Positions 1-10,577 of a stretch of DNA of 23,994 nt are shown here, piece after piece (position 1 is the first letter of the stretch; each line of letters begins with the position of its first letter). The stretch spans positions 1-23,994 of the forward strand of contig JAZRWA010000071.1 in the NCBI GenBank assembly GCA_045599485.1. Reading direction: 5' to 3'. A program made the translations under genes and the position numbers. The notes beneath the pieces are model-generated. The model was given only the letters and a program-made list of their open reading frames with translations, was not told the origin of the DNA and did not search any database. This stretch comes from Clostridia bacterium. Lineage in GTDB: Bacteria; Bacillota; Clostridia; Christensenellales; Aristaeellaceae.

Positions 1-999
1 GTTGGTCGGGATATAGGCAGAAACGTCGCCGGCCTGCGTTTCAATGATGGGCAGAGCCGTGATCGAACCACCACCGTATTCGGGTGCCACGCGGGCAGCG
101 CGTTCCAGCAAACGGCTGTGAAGATAGAAGACGTCGCCGGGGTACGCTTCACGTCCCGGAGGACGACGAATCAGCAGGGACAGGGCACGATAAGCCACAG
201 CGTGCTTGCTGAGATCGTCGTAGATAATCAACACGTCCTTGCCCTGATCCATGAAGTACTCTGCCATAGCACAACCGGCATAAGGGGCAATGTATTGCAG
301 GGGGGAGGTTTCCGATGCGTTGGCACTTACAACGATGGAATAATCCATAGCGCCCGCAGTGGTCAGAGTTTCAACAAGTTGGGCAACGGTAGAGCACTTT
401 TGGCCAATGGCTACATAGACGCAGATAACGTTTTTGCCCTTCTGGTTGATAATCGTATCGACAGCAATGGCAGTTTTACCGGTCTGACGGTCACCAATGA
501 TGAGCTCACGCTGACCGCGTCCGATGGGAATCATACTGTCGATGGCCTTGATGCCGGTTTGCAGCGGCACAGAAACGCTCTTACGCTGAATGATGCCGGG
601 CGCATTGCGCTCGATAGCACGTGTTTCAGTCGCTTCGATAGTTCCTTTGCCATCAATGGGAGCACCAAGCGCATTGACGACACGACCAATGAGAGCATCA
701 CCAACAGGAACTGATACGACCTTGCCGGTCCGTTCCACGGTGTCGCCTTCCTTGATGCCTTCGTCATCGCCCAGCAAAACAACGGCCACAGTATTCTCTT
801 CCAGATTCAGGGCCATACCATAGGTGCCGTTGGAAAAGCGAACCAGTTCGTTCGCCATGCACTTTTCCAAACCGGAAACACGGCTGATGCCGTCACCAAC
901 AGTGATGACAGTGCCGGTATCGGTCTGTACGATGCGGCTTTCGTAATGCTTGATCTGTTCTTTAATGAGCTTTGAAATCTCTTCGGTTTTCAGCTCCAT
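1..999 (-). CDS. atpA: F1Fo ATP synthase subunit alpha, N-terminal ~333 codons (3' end runs off the window)
   Basis: Absent from the ORF track because it is open to the window edge. Manual translation from ATG (999..997) gives [21 protein letters not shown]...[29 protein letters not shown] (Walker A)...[43 protein letters not shown]. It follows atpH in the canonical operon order. No in-frame stop. Confidence 0.95.
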   Translation of the reverse strand, partial: MELKTEEISKLIKEQIKHYESRIVQTDTGTVITVGDGISRVSGLEKCMANELVRFSNGTYGMALNLEENTVAVVLLGDDEGIKEGDTVERTGKVVSVPVGDALIGRVVNALGAPIDGKGTIEATETRAIERNAPGIIQRKSVSVPLQTGIKAIDSMIPIGRGQRELIIGDRQTGKTAIAVDTIINQKGKNVICVYVAIGQKCSTVAQLVETLTTAGAMDYSIVVSANASETSPLQYIAPYAGCAMAEYFMDQGKDVLIIYDDLSKHAVAYRALSLLIRRPPGREAYPGDVFYLHSRLLERAARVAPEYGGGSITALPIIETQAGDVSAYIPTN

Positions 1000-1085
1000 T
1001 GTTTCACCAGCTTTCAGTAGATGGGCCGTGAAAACGGCCGCTTGCTTTGCTGATTACAGGCAATAATATGCCTGCATGCTTGTTC

Positions 1086-1625
1086 TTAGTTTTCACCGGC
1101 CATGCGGCGGCGAAGGTCGGACAGACGGCGTTGGATGGTGTTATCCCACCGCTGACCATTCATTTCGACCATCACGCCGCCCATCAGCTTTTCGTCAATT
1201 TTTTCTGACAGTTTGACAGCCTTGCCCATGTTCATCGCGACAAGCTTCTGAAGCAGTTCACTGCGTTGAGAAGAGGTCAGAGGTTCAGCGGTGAATACGG
1301 TCGCTTCTACTATACCGTTAGCTTTATTGAAAGCATCACGGTAAGCTTCTTCACAGCCGGAAAATTCACTGATAGCGCCTCTTTCGCACAAAAGCTTGAG
1401 GAAATTCAGCAGGTAAGGCTGGATTTTGCCGCGCAGAGTGGTGTCAAGAATGCTGCAGCGTTCGTCCTTGTTGATGGACATGTTGCCAAGCAAGCGACAA
1501 TAATCGGGATTCTACTCGAACAGTGCGAGCAAATCGTGTAATTCCGATAGCACTTCAGCGCTGATTTTTTCTTCAGAACAAAGATCAAACAACGCTGTGC
1601 CATATTCCTTTGCCAATTCTGTCAC
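1086..1625 (-). CDS. atpH: F1Fo ATP synthase subunit delta (OSCP), 179 codons including one in-frame TAG at 1512..1514
   Basis: The track shows only 1086..1493 (135 aa). The same frame read upstream gives GTG(1625..1623)-TELAKEYGTALFDLCSEEKISAEVLSELHDLLALFE-TAG-NPDYCRLLGNMSINKDERCS.... This restores the normal delta-subunit length. The GTG overlaps the atpF stop (GTGA). Terminal stop is TAA. Confidence 0.85.
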
Positions 1626-2131
1626 TGTGCGTCACCAACATTCTTGATGAAGTCATTTACAAAGGCCTCGTGATCTTCTTTTTTGATCTCACGACCCATG
1701 ACTTCTGAGGCGATCTCTACGGCAATGCCGGCAATTTCACTGCGTACATCCTGCAGCATCTGCGCTTTTTCGGTGAGGACTTCCTCCTGCGCCTTCTGCT
1801 TGATGCGAGCGGCGGTCATAGAAGCTTCCTGTAGCATGATCTCACTCTTGTGCTGGGCAGTTTGCGTCGCATTGTGTACGATGCTGTCTGCCTCTTCACG
1901 AGCATGAGCCAGATTGGCTTCAAAAGTCTGCTTCATTCCGACGGCTTCTTCCCGATTCTTTTGAGCCTCGTCATAAATCTTGTCAACTTCATTGCGGCGT
2001 TGCGCAAGAATGTTTTTGACCGGCTTGAACAGGAAACGCTTGAGAATGAAGAACATGACCACAAGGTTAAGCAGAGCAATGATGATCTGCCAGATATTTA
2101 CCGATATAACTTCCAGAGCCTGTAGTTGCAT
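1622..2131 (-). CDS. atpF: F1Fo ATP synthase subunit b
   Basis: 169 aa with an N-terminal TM helix (IWQIIIALLNLVVMFFIL) followed by a long charged coiled-coil. RBS GGAAGGTGA lies upstream. Position between atpE and atpH fits. Stop is TGA. Confidence 0.88.
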   Translation of the reverse strand: MQLQALEVISVNIWQIIIALLNLVVMFFILKRFLFKPVKNILAQRRNEVDKIYDEAQKNREEAVGMKQTFEANLAHAREEADSIVHNATQTAQHKSEIMLQEASMTAARIKQKAQEEVLTEKAQMLQDVRSEIAGIAVEIASEVMGREIKKEDHEAFVNDFIKNVGDAQ

Positions 2132-2172
2132 ATTTTCACCTTCCGTGTACCGGCGTCAGCTATGATTTATAA

Positions 2173-2490
<318 letters not shown>

Positions 2491-2505
2491 TTATTCGTGA
2501 AAGAT

Positions 2506-3402
2506 TCAGGCGCGGACGGCTTTGCGCTGTTTGCGCTTCGCCTGACGTGCCTCATAGGCTTCCTACGGGAAGCCGTTTGCAATGTACAGCATCGTCAGCA
2601 TGGCAAAGATGAATGCTTGCAGACAACCGCTGAACAAATCGAAGTAAAGAGACAGGACTGCAGGAAGACCTACTTGCAGCGTGTACTGTCCAAACACACC
2701 CGGCAGCCAGCCGAGGATGGTTTGTGTCAAACCCTGCAACGCGGAGGCAATCAGTGTCGAGATGACAACGCCGCTCAACACATTGCCGTAGTGACGGAAT
2801 GCCATGGAGATGGGCGTTGCAATTTCGCTGATGACATTAAATGGAGCAAACACAGGAATCGGATCGGCGAACCCTTTGATGTAACTCCACAGACCGCCTT
2901 TCAGCTTGTAGTAGGTGATCAGGATGAAAACCAGAATCGCCCAGCCGGCAACAATGTTGATATCCGAGGTGGCCGGATGAAGGCCTACCAGACTGGAGAG
3001 GCTGGACAACGCACTCAACGCCATGATTGCTGCGACAAACGGCGCAAAGCCTTCAGCAAAACGCTCGCCCATATTGGACTGAACAAAGCTTTGCGCCTTT
3101 TCAACCACAAATTCGGCGATAATCTGTCGCTTGGAATCGGGGATTACTTTCAGACCGTGCGTGAAAAACAAACACAAGCCTAAAGTGGAGATGGTGACAA
3201 TGAGCGAGTTGACTTGAGATTCGGTTATCGGCAGATCCTGCACAGGCATGGGAATTGTAAAGTAAATGAGCGAACCTGTGACGGTGATGCCGTCATGCGG
3301 AGGTTCCGTCATTGCTTTTAGAATCATTCCCAAAATGAAAGGCACAATGATCATCAATATCAGCAGGATATCAACAACGCGTGCTTTCGTTTTTGCGTTC
3401 AA
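2506..3402 (-). CDS. atpB: F1Fo ATP synthase subunit a, read through the in-frame TAG at 2563..2565 (under the standard code it would end at 2563)
   Basis: Polytopic protein with the conserved a-subunit Arg region (ISMAFRHYGNVLSG). The track ORF stops at TAG. The frame then continues EAYEARQAKRKQRKAVRA to TGA (2508..2506), 33 nt before the atpE ATG. The start is uncertain: TTG 3402..3400 lies 10 nt after GGGAGG, while the track start at 3486 would overlap atpI. Confidence 0.72.
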
Positions 3403-3454
3403 TGTGCATTGACCTCCCTTTTCCAGAATAGGAAGCGAGAATAGAACGAGGGTA

Positions 3455-3925
3455 TCAGCCCTTTGTTCGGAGACTGATGATGGCAATCACGATACGGGGG
3501 AAGAGCAGCGGGAGAATACCGGCCAGGCTATCAAAGCAAGGCAATTGAACGGCAATGATAGCCGCGACGGCGACCAAAATCAAACGCGCAATATAGGAAC
3601 GCTGCATTTGCTCTTTGGATTCTTTGATTTCGGGAATGTCAACACTGCCTGTGTCGATCTGCTGCGCGCTCTCTTCGCTCTAACCGGAATTTTCCGATTC
3701 ATTAGAGATACGAACACCGTTCATACGTCTGCTGGCTTTTTGAACAGAAAGTCCCAACAGAAAGAAATTGAGAACAGCAATGGATGAACCCCAAAGTGCA
3801 CCAAGAAGAACAGTGATGTCGAACCTTTTAAGCAGAAGAAATACCGCAAGCATTAGTGCGGACAACACTCCGGTCCCGGCTGCGATTCGCAGTGTTTCTT
3901 TTTTTACTGTTTCATCAATCTGCAC
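3455..3925 (-). CDS. atpI: ATP synthase protein I-like small membrane protein, 156 codons including an in-frame TAG at 3680..3682
   Basis: GTG start at 3925, 9 nt after AGGAGG. The track ORF (81 aa, two TM helices) stops at TAG. The same frame continues SEESAQQIDTGSVDIPEIKESKEQMQRSYIARLILVAVAAIIAVQLPCFDSLAGILPLLFPRIVIAIISLRTKG (two more TM helices) to TGA 3457..3455. First gene of the atp operon. Confidence 0.65.
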
Positions 3926-3964
3926 ACTGCGTCACCTCCTGCATCGGATTGATTTTGAGACGTC

Positions 3965-4594
3965 TTATTTGGTACCGTACAGACGGTCACCTGCATCGCC
4001 GAGACCGGGGAGAATATAAGCGTGATCATTCAGGCATTCATCCATGGCGGCTACGTAAATATCGACATCGGGATGGTCGGCCTGAACACGTGCCACACCC
4101 TCGGGGGCGGCAATCAGGTTCAGCATGCGGATGTGCTTGCAACCGCGATCCTTGATGAATTGGATGGCCGCACTGGCACTGCCGCCGGTAGCCAGCATGG
4201 GATCGACCACGAGAATCAGACGCTCGGTGGAATCAGCTGGCAGCTTGCAGTAATACTCAACGGGCTCGTGGGTCTCAGGGTCACGGTACAGACCGATATG
4301 GCCCACCTTGGCAGCGGGGATCATGTTCAGTACACCGTCCACCATACCCAAACCGGCACGCAGAATCGGCACGACGGCAACTTTGCGTCCCGCAAGGCGT
4401 TTCACTGTCGCCTTGCACATGGGGGTATCGATCTCCACATCCTCAAGCGGCAGGTCACGGGTAGCTTCATAGACCATCAGCATGGAGATTTCTTCCAGCA
4501 ACTCACGAAATTCCTTGGCTCCGGTGGTCGTCTATCTCATGATACCCAGCTTGTGCTGGATCAGCGGATGATCGAACACATGAACAGAACTCAT
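3965..4594 (-). CDS. upp: Uracil phosphoribosyltransferase, 209 codons including an in-frame TAG at 4532..4534
   Basis: The track gives 178 aa from an internal TTG. Upstream in the same frame: RBS AGGAGG, ATG(4594..4592)[51 protein letters not shown]..., which is the canonical Upp N-terminus. C-terminus is [17 protein letters not shown]. Stop is TAA. Confidence 0.92.
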
Positions 4595-4630
4595 ATTTGA
4601 GCACCTCCTATCGATTATAATCCACAAATG

Positions 4631-4659
4631 ATTTTAACAAAATTGGTCATGAGTGTCAA
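4631..4659 (-). promoter_or_regulatory. Candidate sigma-A promoter for upp
   Basis: On the minus strand: TTGACA (4659..4654), a 17-nt spacer, then TAAAAT (4636..4631), about 35 nt upstream of the upp ATG. A second TATAAT lies at 4619..4614. Confidence 0.5.
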
Positions 4660-4773
4660 CACGTAAATGCACTCCCAAAACCGATAAAAATGAATAAGAG
4701 AAGAGTGAAACATAACGTTTTTTTATAAAGGGAATGTAACGAAAAAATTATTAAAATTTTATTACAAGATGTG

Positions 4774-4802
4774 ATGCAAATATTTCAAAAGTATGTTATA
4801 AT
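4774..4802 (+). promoter_or_regulatory. Candidate extended -10 promoter for the plus-strand methyltransferase/C39-like/SpoIID-like cluster
   Basis: TGtTATAAT (extended -10, TATAAT at 4797..4802) in an AT-rich divergent intergenic region. The -35 is weak (ATGCAA, 4774..4779). Confidence 0.4.
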
Positions 4803-4844
4803 CAATACTGTACTTTGCTAAATGATTATTTGGGGGAAGATACG

Positions 4845-5423
4845 ATGCTCAATCGTGTCCAGGATAAACTGCTGTTACGAAGTAATGTATCTGGGATGCA
4901 TTTTTTGGTTACCGGACCGCAAAAATCTCTTTTACAATGGGCGTTGACAGATGATTACAGTGCTGTGCTCGATATGAGCTGCAACACTACATCATTGCTT
5001 CAGGCATTAAACTGGAGGTACTGTGTTCGAAGCTGTGGAATCGCCGAAACAACAGAAAAAGCACGGATTCTAAGGCAGGACTGCCCAGACGCGGAAATTT
5101 TTGCTGCAAGGACCGAAGACATCCCATGGAAGAACGAAACCTTTGATGTCGCTTTTCTTGAAGTACATCAAGCAGAAAGCGCTATAAATGAAAAGACACT
5201 TGCAGAAGCTAACCGTGTGCTAAAAAAAGGCGGACAGATGTTGATTGCACTGGAAGGGATGCCTGAGTGGATTCAAAAGACAATGGCATTTCTCGGACTC
5301 AAAGATATCGAAGATACAATGACACGCATTTCCCTTTTAAATGGGATGGCTCATGCGGGCTTCAGAGATATCACATGGAGAAGGACAGGACCGAACGTCG
5401 GAATAGCGATTGGATGGAAGTGA
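4845..5423 (+). CDS. Class I SAM-dependent methyltransferase-like protein with a degenerate motif I
   Basis: ATG at 4845 follows the RBS GGGGGAAG (the track start 4815 is an upstream TTG). Methyltransferase-fold landmarks are present: VLDMSCNTT where VLDxGCGTG is expected, FDVAFL, and LKKGGQMLIA. Stop is TGA. Confidence 0.6.
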   Translation: MLNRVQDKLLLRSNVSGMHFLVTGPQKSLLQWALTDDYSAVLDMSCNTTSLLQALNWRYCVRSCGIAETTEKARILRQDCPDAEIFAARTEDIPWKNETFDVAFLEVHQAESAINEKTLAEANRVLKKGGQMLIALEGMPEWIQKTMAFLGLKDIEDTMTRISLLNGMAHAGFRDITWRRTGPNVGIAIGWK

Positions 5424-5433
5424 GGATTTAATA

Positions 5434-6081
5434 ATGAAGAAAAGTATAGGGATTGTTCTCGAAGGTCGGGATATGTTGCTTTATAATCAGCGCTGCAGAG
5501 ACTGGACGCATTATTACGATTATATACAGCCGATGAAACAGACACTCTCCAATGCCGGCTGCGGTATTTTTTCTGTATGTCACGCAGGACAGTGGCTGAC
5601 CGGCAAGGTCTTTGATCCGGCTCAGCTGGCGGAGTTTTCGATGGAAAACGGCGGACGCGGTGACGACGGCACGGATCGCCCTGTGCTGCTTGCTGCCATG
5701 ATGAGCAAAGGTATTGCAACGGACTTTGGTTTTTCTTACCATAATGATGGGCTCAGAAATGATCTGGACACGCTGAGGACGCATTTGCTCAATCATCGGG
5801 GATGCGCTTTGTGCAACCTGCGGGTCGGGCATATTGTCACGCTTGTTGATGCCAGGGAAATGGACGGAGAAATTCAGGTGCTGGCCATTGACTCTTACAG
5901 TGAGAGCGCCGATCAGCGTGTAGCTCCGCATGTAAAGGAAGTTATCAAAGACAGTAAAATCATTGCTACTGTCTACAACGAAGTAAAGGTAGCTGTGGGC
6001 GAAACCCATCAGTATATGGCATACTGGGTGAGCAGCAATATCGTCCGGGATTTTAACCTTCTCCATAAGATTCAAGGATAA
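5434..6081 (+). CDS. Hypothetical cytoplasmic protein, possible papain-like (C39-like) cysteine peptidase fold
   Basis: ATG at 5434, 7 nt after GTGAGGA. Q..(n)..NAGCGIFSVCHAGQWLTG followed later by VGHIVTLVD resembles the Gln/Cys...His arrangement of C39-type peptidases (weak, motif-level only). The TAA stop overlaps the next ATG (TAATG). Confidence 0.55.
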   Translation: MKKSIGIVLEGRDMLLYNQRCRDWTHYYDYIQPMKQTLSNAGCGIFSVCHAGQWLTGKVFDPAQLAEFSMENGGRGDDGTDRPVLLAAMMSKGIATDFGFSYHNDGLRNDLDTLRTHLLNHRGCALCNLRVGHIVTLVDAREMDGEIQVLAIDSYSESADQRVAPHVKEVIKDSKIIATVYNEVKVAVGETHQYMAYWVSSNIVRDFNLLHKIQG

Positions 6082-7799
6082 TGAGTACTTGTATGAAAAA
6101 AAGACAGCTTATCATCTACATACTGATAGTCTGTATCTTTTTTTCAATGCAACCAAATGTACATGCAGCCGGAAAGGCTAATGGTATCATCAGGGTTCTT
6201 TTGACAAGATTCAATCTGACTGACCGTGTTGACTTGGCTTTGGATGGCAGTTATACCATCCAGGGAATCGCATTTCAGCGCGGATCGCATGTTACGATTT
6301 CATCTTCAAAAGGGACTCTGATGCTTTATTATGAAGGCATGGCGTTGGATTGCGGAAAAGAGATGACGCTGCTTCGGCATGCAGTGACAGACAACAAAGA
6401 GAATGGCCTGCGTATCAACGGTGAAATGAATCTATATTGCGGCGACTTGCATCTGTATACCGAAAGAGGATTGATACAGGCCGTGCTGCATATCCCTGTG
6501 GAGGAGTATCTTTTAGGCGTTGTTCCCTATGAGATGAGCGATTCTTTTCCTGTGGAAGCACTGAAAGCGCAGGCTGTTGCAGCACGCACGTATGCGATGA
6601 AAAAAGCCTCGAGTGCTACCGGTAGATACGATGTTTATGACAATACCAATGATCAGGTCTTCAGGGGGTACAACGCAGCCAATAAAAATGCCATATAGGC
6701 GGTAACGCTTACAAATGGTATCTGCGGATATTATCGTAATGAACTGGCCACCTGTTATTATACCGCCAGCAACGGTGGTCAGGTGGAGATCCCATAGAAT
6801 GTGTGGGGGTCAAAATACGGATACATCACAATGCATGATGATCCTTATGATGTGGAAAACCCCGAAAGCCCCGTAAAGCGGGCTGTTGTCCCAAAGCATG
6901 ATCCCGAAGGAATCGTATATAACAAGGAACTGACAGACTATATTAAGACTCAGCTATCATCGGTTTTGTTGTTAAAGGGGTATACCGGTGATCCTTCTGA
7001 AATATGGATCGATGCGGTGCTCGGAATTCGATGCGAAAGTGGAGGAAAGCAGCTTGAGACAAAAGTTTCCAATACCATGGTATTTACTTTGAAGGTCAGT
7101 GCTTGCAAAGAGCTTTCGGCTGCAGCCATGGATACCCAGGAAGTGGAACTCTTTGGCATCGGTAAACAAAGCGAACACAGCAGCGAGTATCGTGAGCCAA
7201 ACAGAAATACCATTCCCCTGGAAGATGCGGTATAGGTGAAAGTGCCTGTATTTGCTGCGATTGAGCCGATCATGGGGCTTTCCATTAATGGTTCTGATAA
7301 CGAGATCATCACAGTCAATGAACAGGAAGAGAGTTTCGTTATCGAATCAAGGCGCTATGGTCATGGGGTTGGCATGAGCCAGAGGGGAGCGCAATGGTTG
7401 GCAGGGCATTATCACTGGACTGCGGAACAGATATTGAAGTTCTATTATCCGGGACTTACATTTATGGCTGTGGGAACTTCTGCTACACCGCTGCCTGCGA
7501 TTGAGGCGGATTTTCTGGCAACTCCGGGGCCTGCTGCAACAGCAACCCCAAGGCCGACTCTGATGCCGTCCAGCGCTACCCCTAATCCGGGGGAATGGAT
7601 CGTAAAAGTGACGGGAATTTCCGAGAATTCAAGCCTGAACCTGCGATCAGCTGCCGGAACGGATTCGTCCATCGTAAGGGTTCTGTATTACGGTCAGCAG
7701 CTGATCGCTTCTGCTTGCGATATTGAGGGCTGGATTAAGGTAAGGACCGATGTGGCCGAAGGCTATGTGATGGAAAAATACGTGGAAAAAGTAAAATAA
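6081..7799 (+). CDS. Secreted SpoIID/LytB-domain protein with a C-terminal SH3b-like domain, 572 codons including three in-frame TAGs (6696..6698, 6795..6797, 7233..7235)
   Basis: Track ORFs 6081..6698, 6801..7235 and 7236..7799 share one frame and are separated only by TAG codons. Signal peptide MKKRQLIIYILIVCIFFSMQPNVHA. SpoIID landmarks are EALKAQAVAARTYA, the 32 codons between the first two TAGs (AVTLTNGICGYYRNELATCYYTASNGGQVEIP), and RRYGHGVGMSQRGAQWLA. A Pro/Ala/Thr linker leads to an SH3-like tail. The start could instead be ATG 6093. Stop is TAA. Confidence 0.85.
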
Positions 7800-7837
7800 A
7801 ACAAAAGAGCGCGATTGATATCGTGCTCTTTTGTTTG
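7798..7837. terminator. Bidirectional rho-independent terminator between the convergent SpoIID-like gene and tgt
   Basis: Stem ACAAAAGAGCGCG (7801..7813) pairs with CGTGCTCTTTTGT (7822..7834), with an 8-nt loop and T-rich runs on both strands. Confidence 0.7.
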
Positions 7838-8977
<1,140 letters not shown>

Positions 8978-9706
8978 TTATTCAAACACAATCTGCGGCC
9001 AGGAGGTTTCCAAACCTTTCAGTTCACGCGTAAAGGCAGTCCAAGGCAAAGTTTCGGTGGGGGGAGCGATAAACAGCATGCTTTCACCGGTGATGGGATG
9101 AGTGAGCGTCAAGCGGAAGCCCCAAAGGGCAATCTGCTGTCCACGCTTGCCGTTGCCGTAACGGTTATCGCCCCAGAGGGGATGACCACTGTGCTGCATC
9201 TGCACACGGATTTGATGGGGACGACCGGTCGCCAGGCGGATGCAGACCAAAGAATGATTCTCCTTATGCGCCACGGTGCGGCCATAAAGAATCGCTTCTT
9301 TGCCTTGAAGTTTCAGATAAGGAGGAATGACTTTGACCATGTTGGTCTCTTCATCCTTCTGCAGCCAATCGTGCAGCGTAAAGCGGTCTTCTGCATTGCC
9401 TTGGCAGACACAGACATACTCACGACGGAGCTGATGGGTTCTTACCTGCTCGGACAGACGGGAAGCGGCTTTACTGGTTTTTGCGAATACCAGCAGACCG
9501 CCAACCGGTCTGTCCATACGGTGCACCAAACCTACAAAGGCTTCGCCGGGCTTTTGATACTTGGTCTTGATATAGTTTTTGACCCAATCGAGCAAAGAGG
9601 GATCCTGCGTGTTGTCACCCTGTACGAGCATATTGACGGGCTTCACCACGACAATGATATGGTTATCCTCAAACAATACAATGGGCTCTTTGATGATTTC
9701 GCTCAT
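8978..9706 (-). CDS. RluA-family pseudouridine synthase
   Basis: Start at ATG 9706 (MSEIIKEPIVLFEDNHIIVVVKP) after GAGGGA. The track start 9766 is further upstream. Catalytic HRMDRPVGG motif and TGRPHQIRVQ are present. Stop is TAA. Confidence 0.85.
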   Translation of the reverse strand: MSEIIKEPIVLFEDNHIIVVVKPVNMLVQGDNTQDPSLLDWVKNYIKTKYQKPGEAFVGLVHRMDRPVGGLLVFAKTSKAASRLSEQVRTHQLRREYVCVCQGNAEDRFTLHDWLQKDEETNMVKVIPPYLKLQGKEAILYGRTVAHKENHSLVCIRLATGRPHQIRVQMQHSGHPLWGDNRYGNGKRGQQIALWGFRLTLTHPITGESMLFIAPPTETLPWTAFTRELKGLETSWPQIVFE

Positions 9707-9719
9707 AAACTGATCCCTC

Positions 9720-10577
9720 TCATTTAAATTGCCATCTTCCGCTGGCACCACAGGGGAGAACACCACCGGATGTTACAGGCAGAACGACCTACTGGGCATC
9801 GACGCAACCGCCAAAGCGGCGTACGACGGCCCGGCCGATGACATTTTGCAGCACAGCCGGCTGGAAGCCCGTTGTATAGCTGTTGACAAGGAAAAACAAG
9901 GGTTCGCGAGAAAGCACCTGCGCGCAGGTATCCACCAGCGTATACAGCTCATTTTCAAGCTTCCATACTTCGCCATTCGGGCCACGACCGTAACTGGGCG
10001 GATCCATCAGGATGCCATCGTAGGTATTGCCGCGACGAATTTCCCTGCGGACGAAACTCAACGCATCTTCGATAATGAAACGACAGCTGCTTTCCGGCAG
10101 ACCGCACAGTTCACGGTTTTCCTTTGCCCACTGAACCATGCCTTTGGCAGCATCCACGTGAGTGACATGGGCACCTTCCGCTGCACAAGCAACGGTGGCT
10201 CCACCAGTGTATGCAAACAGATTCAGCACTTTTGCTTTGCCGCGTTCCCGGATCAAACTGCGCATCCAGTCCCAGTTGGCGGCCTGCTCAGGGAAAAGAC
10301 CGGTGTGCTTGAAGCCTGTCGGCTTTACATAAAAGCGAAGATCCTTATATCCGATCTGCCATTTTTCCGGCAGCTTCTGCATAAACTCCCATTCGCCGCC
10401 ACCTTTTTCGCTTCGGTGGTAATGCGCTTGCGCCTTTTTCCAAAGGGAGCCGTCGCCCGCAGGCCAAATCACCTGCGGGTCGGGACGGCACAAAACATAT
10501 CGGCCCCAACGCTCTAATTTGTCGCCGTTACCGGTATCGAGAACTTCAAAATCCTGCCATTGATCGGCTATAAACAT
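9720..10577 (-). CDS. Class I SAM-dependent (rRNA-type) methyltransferase, read through the in-frame TAG at 9789..9791 (under the standard code it would end at 9789)
   Basis: ATG 10577..10575 overlaps the ileS TAA (TAATG). MFIADQWQDFEVLDTGNGDKLERWG...VLNLFAYTGGATVACA...ILMDPPSYGRG. After TAG the frame continues VVLPVTSGGVLPCGASGRWQFK to TGA 9722..9720, 13 nt before the next gene's ATG and just upstream of its RBS. Confidence 0.78.

Noticed and set aside
1020-1085. Two small hairpins between atpH and atpA: GGCCG-N6-CGGCC at 1024..1039 and CAGGCA-N6-TGCCTG at 1057..1074.
   Set aside because: No T tract follows them on the transcribed strand and they sit inside an obligate operon. They are probably intercistronic mRNA structure rather than a terminator or a distinct element.
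4595-4844. The AT-rich 250-bp intergenic region, examined for a tRNA (especially a CUA suppressor), a small RNA or a mobile-element end.
   Set aside because: It contains only divergent promoter-like elements. There is no cloverleaf-capable GC-rich segment, no T-loop GGTTCGA-type motif and no inverted or direct terminal repeats. The same negative result holds for the other intergenic gaps.
5428-6075. A 215-aa minus-strand ORF exactly antisense to the 5434..6081 hypothetical gene.
   Set aside because: The plus-strand reading has an RBS, tight coupling to both neighbours (TAATG overlap) and a Cys/His peptidase-like pattern. The minus ORF has no RBS or operon context.
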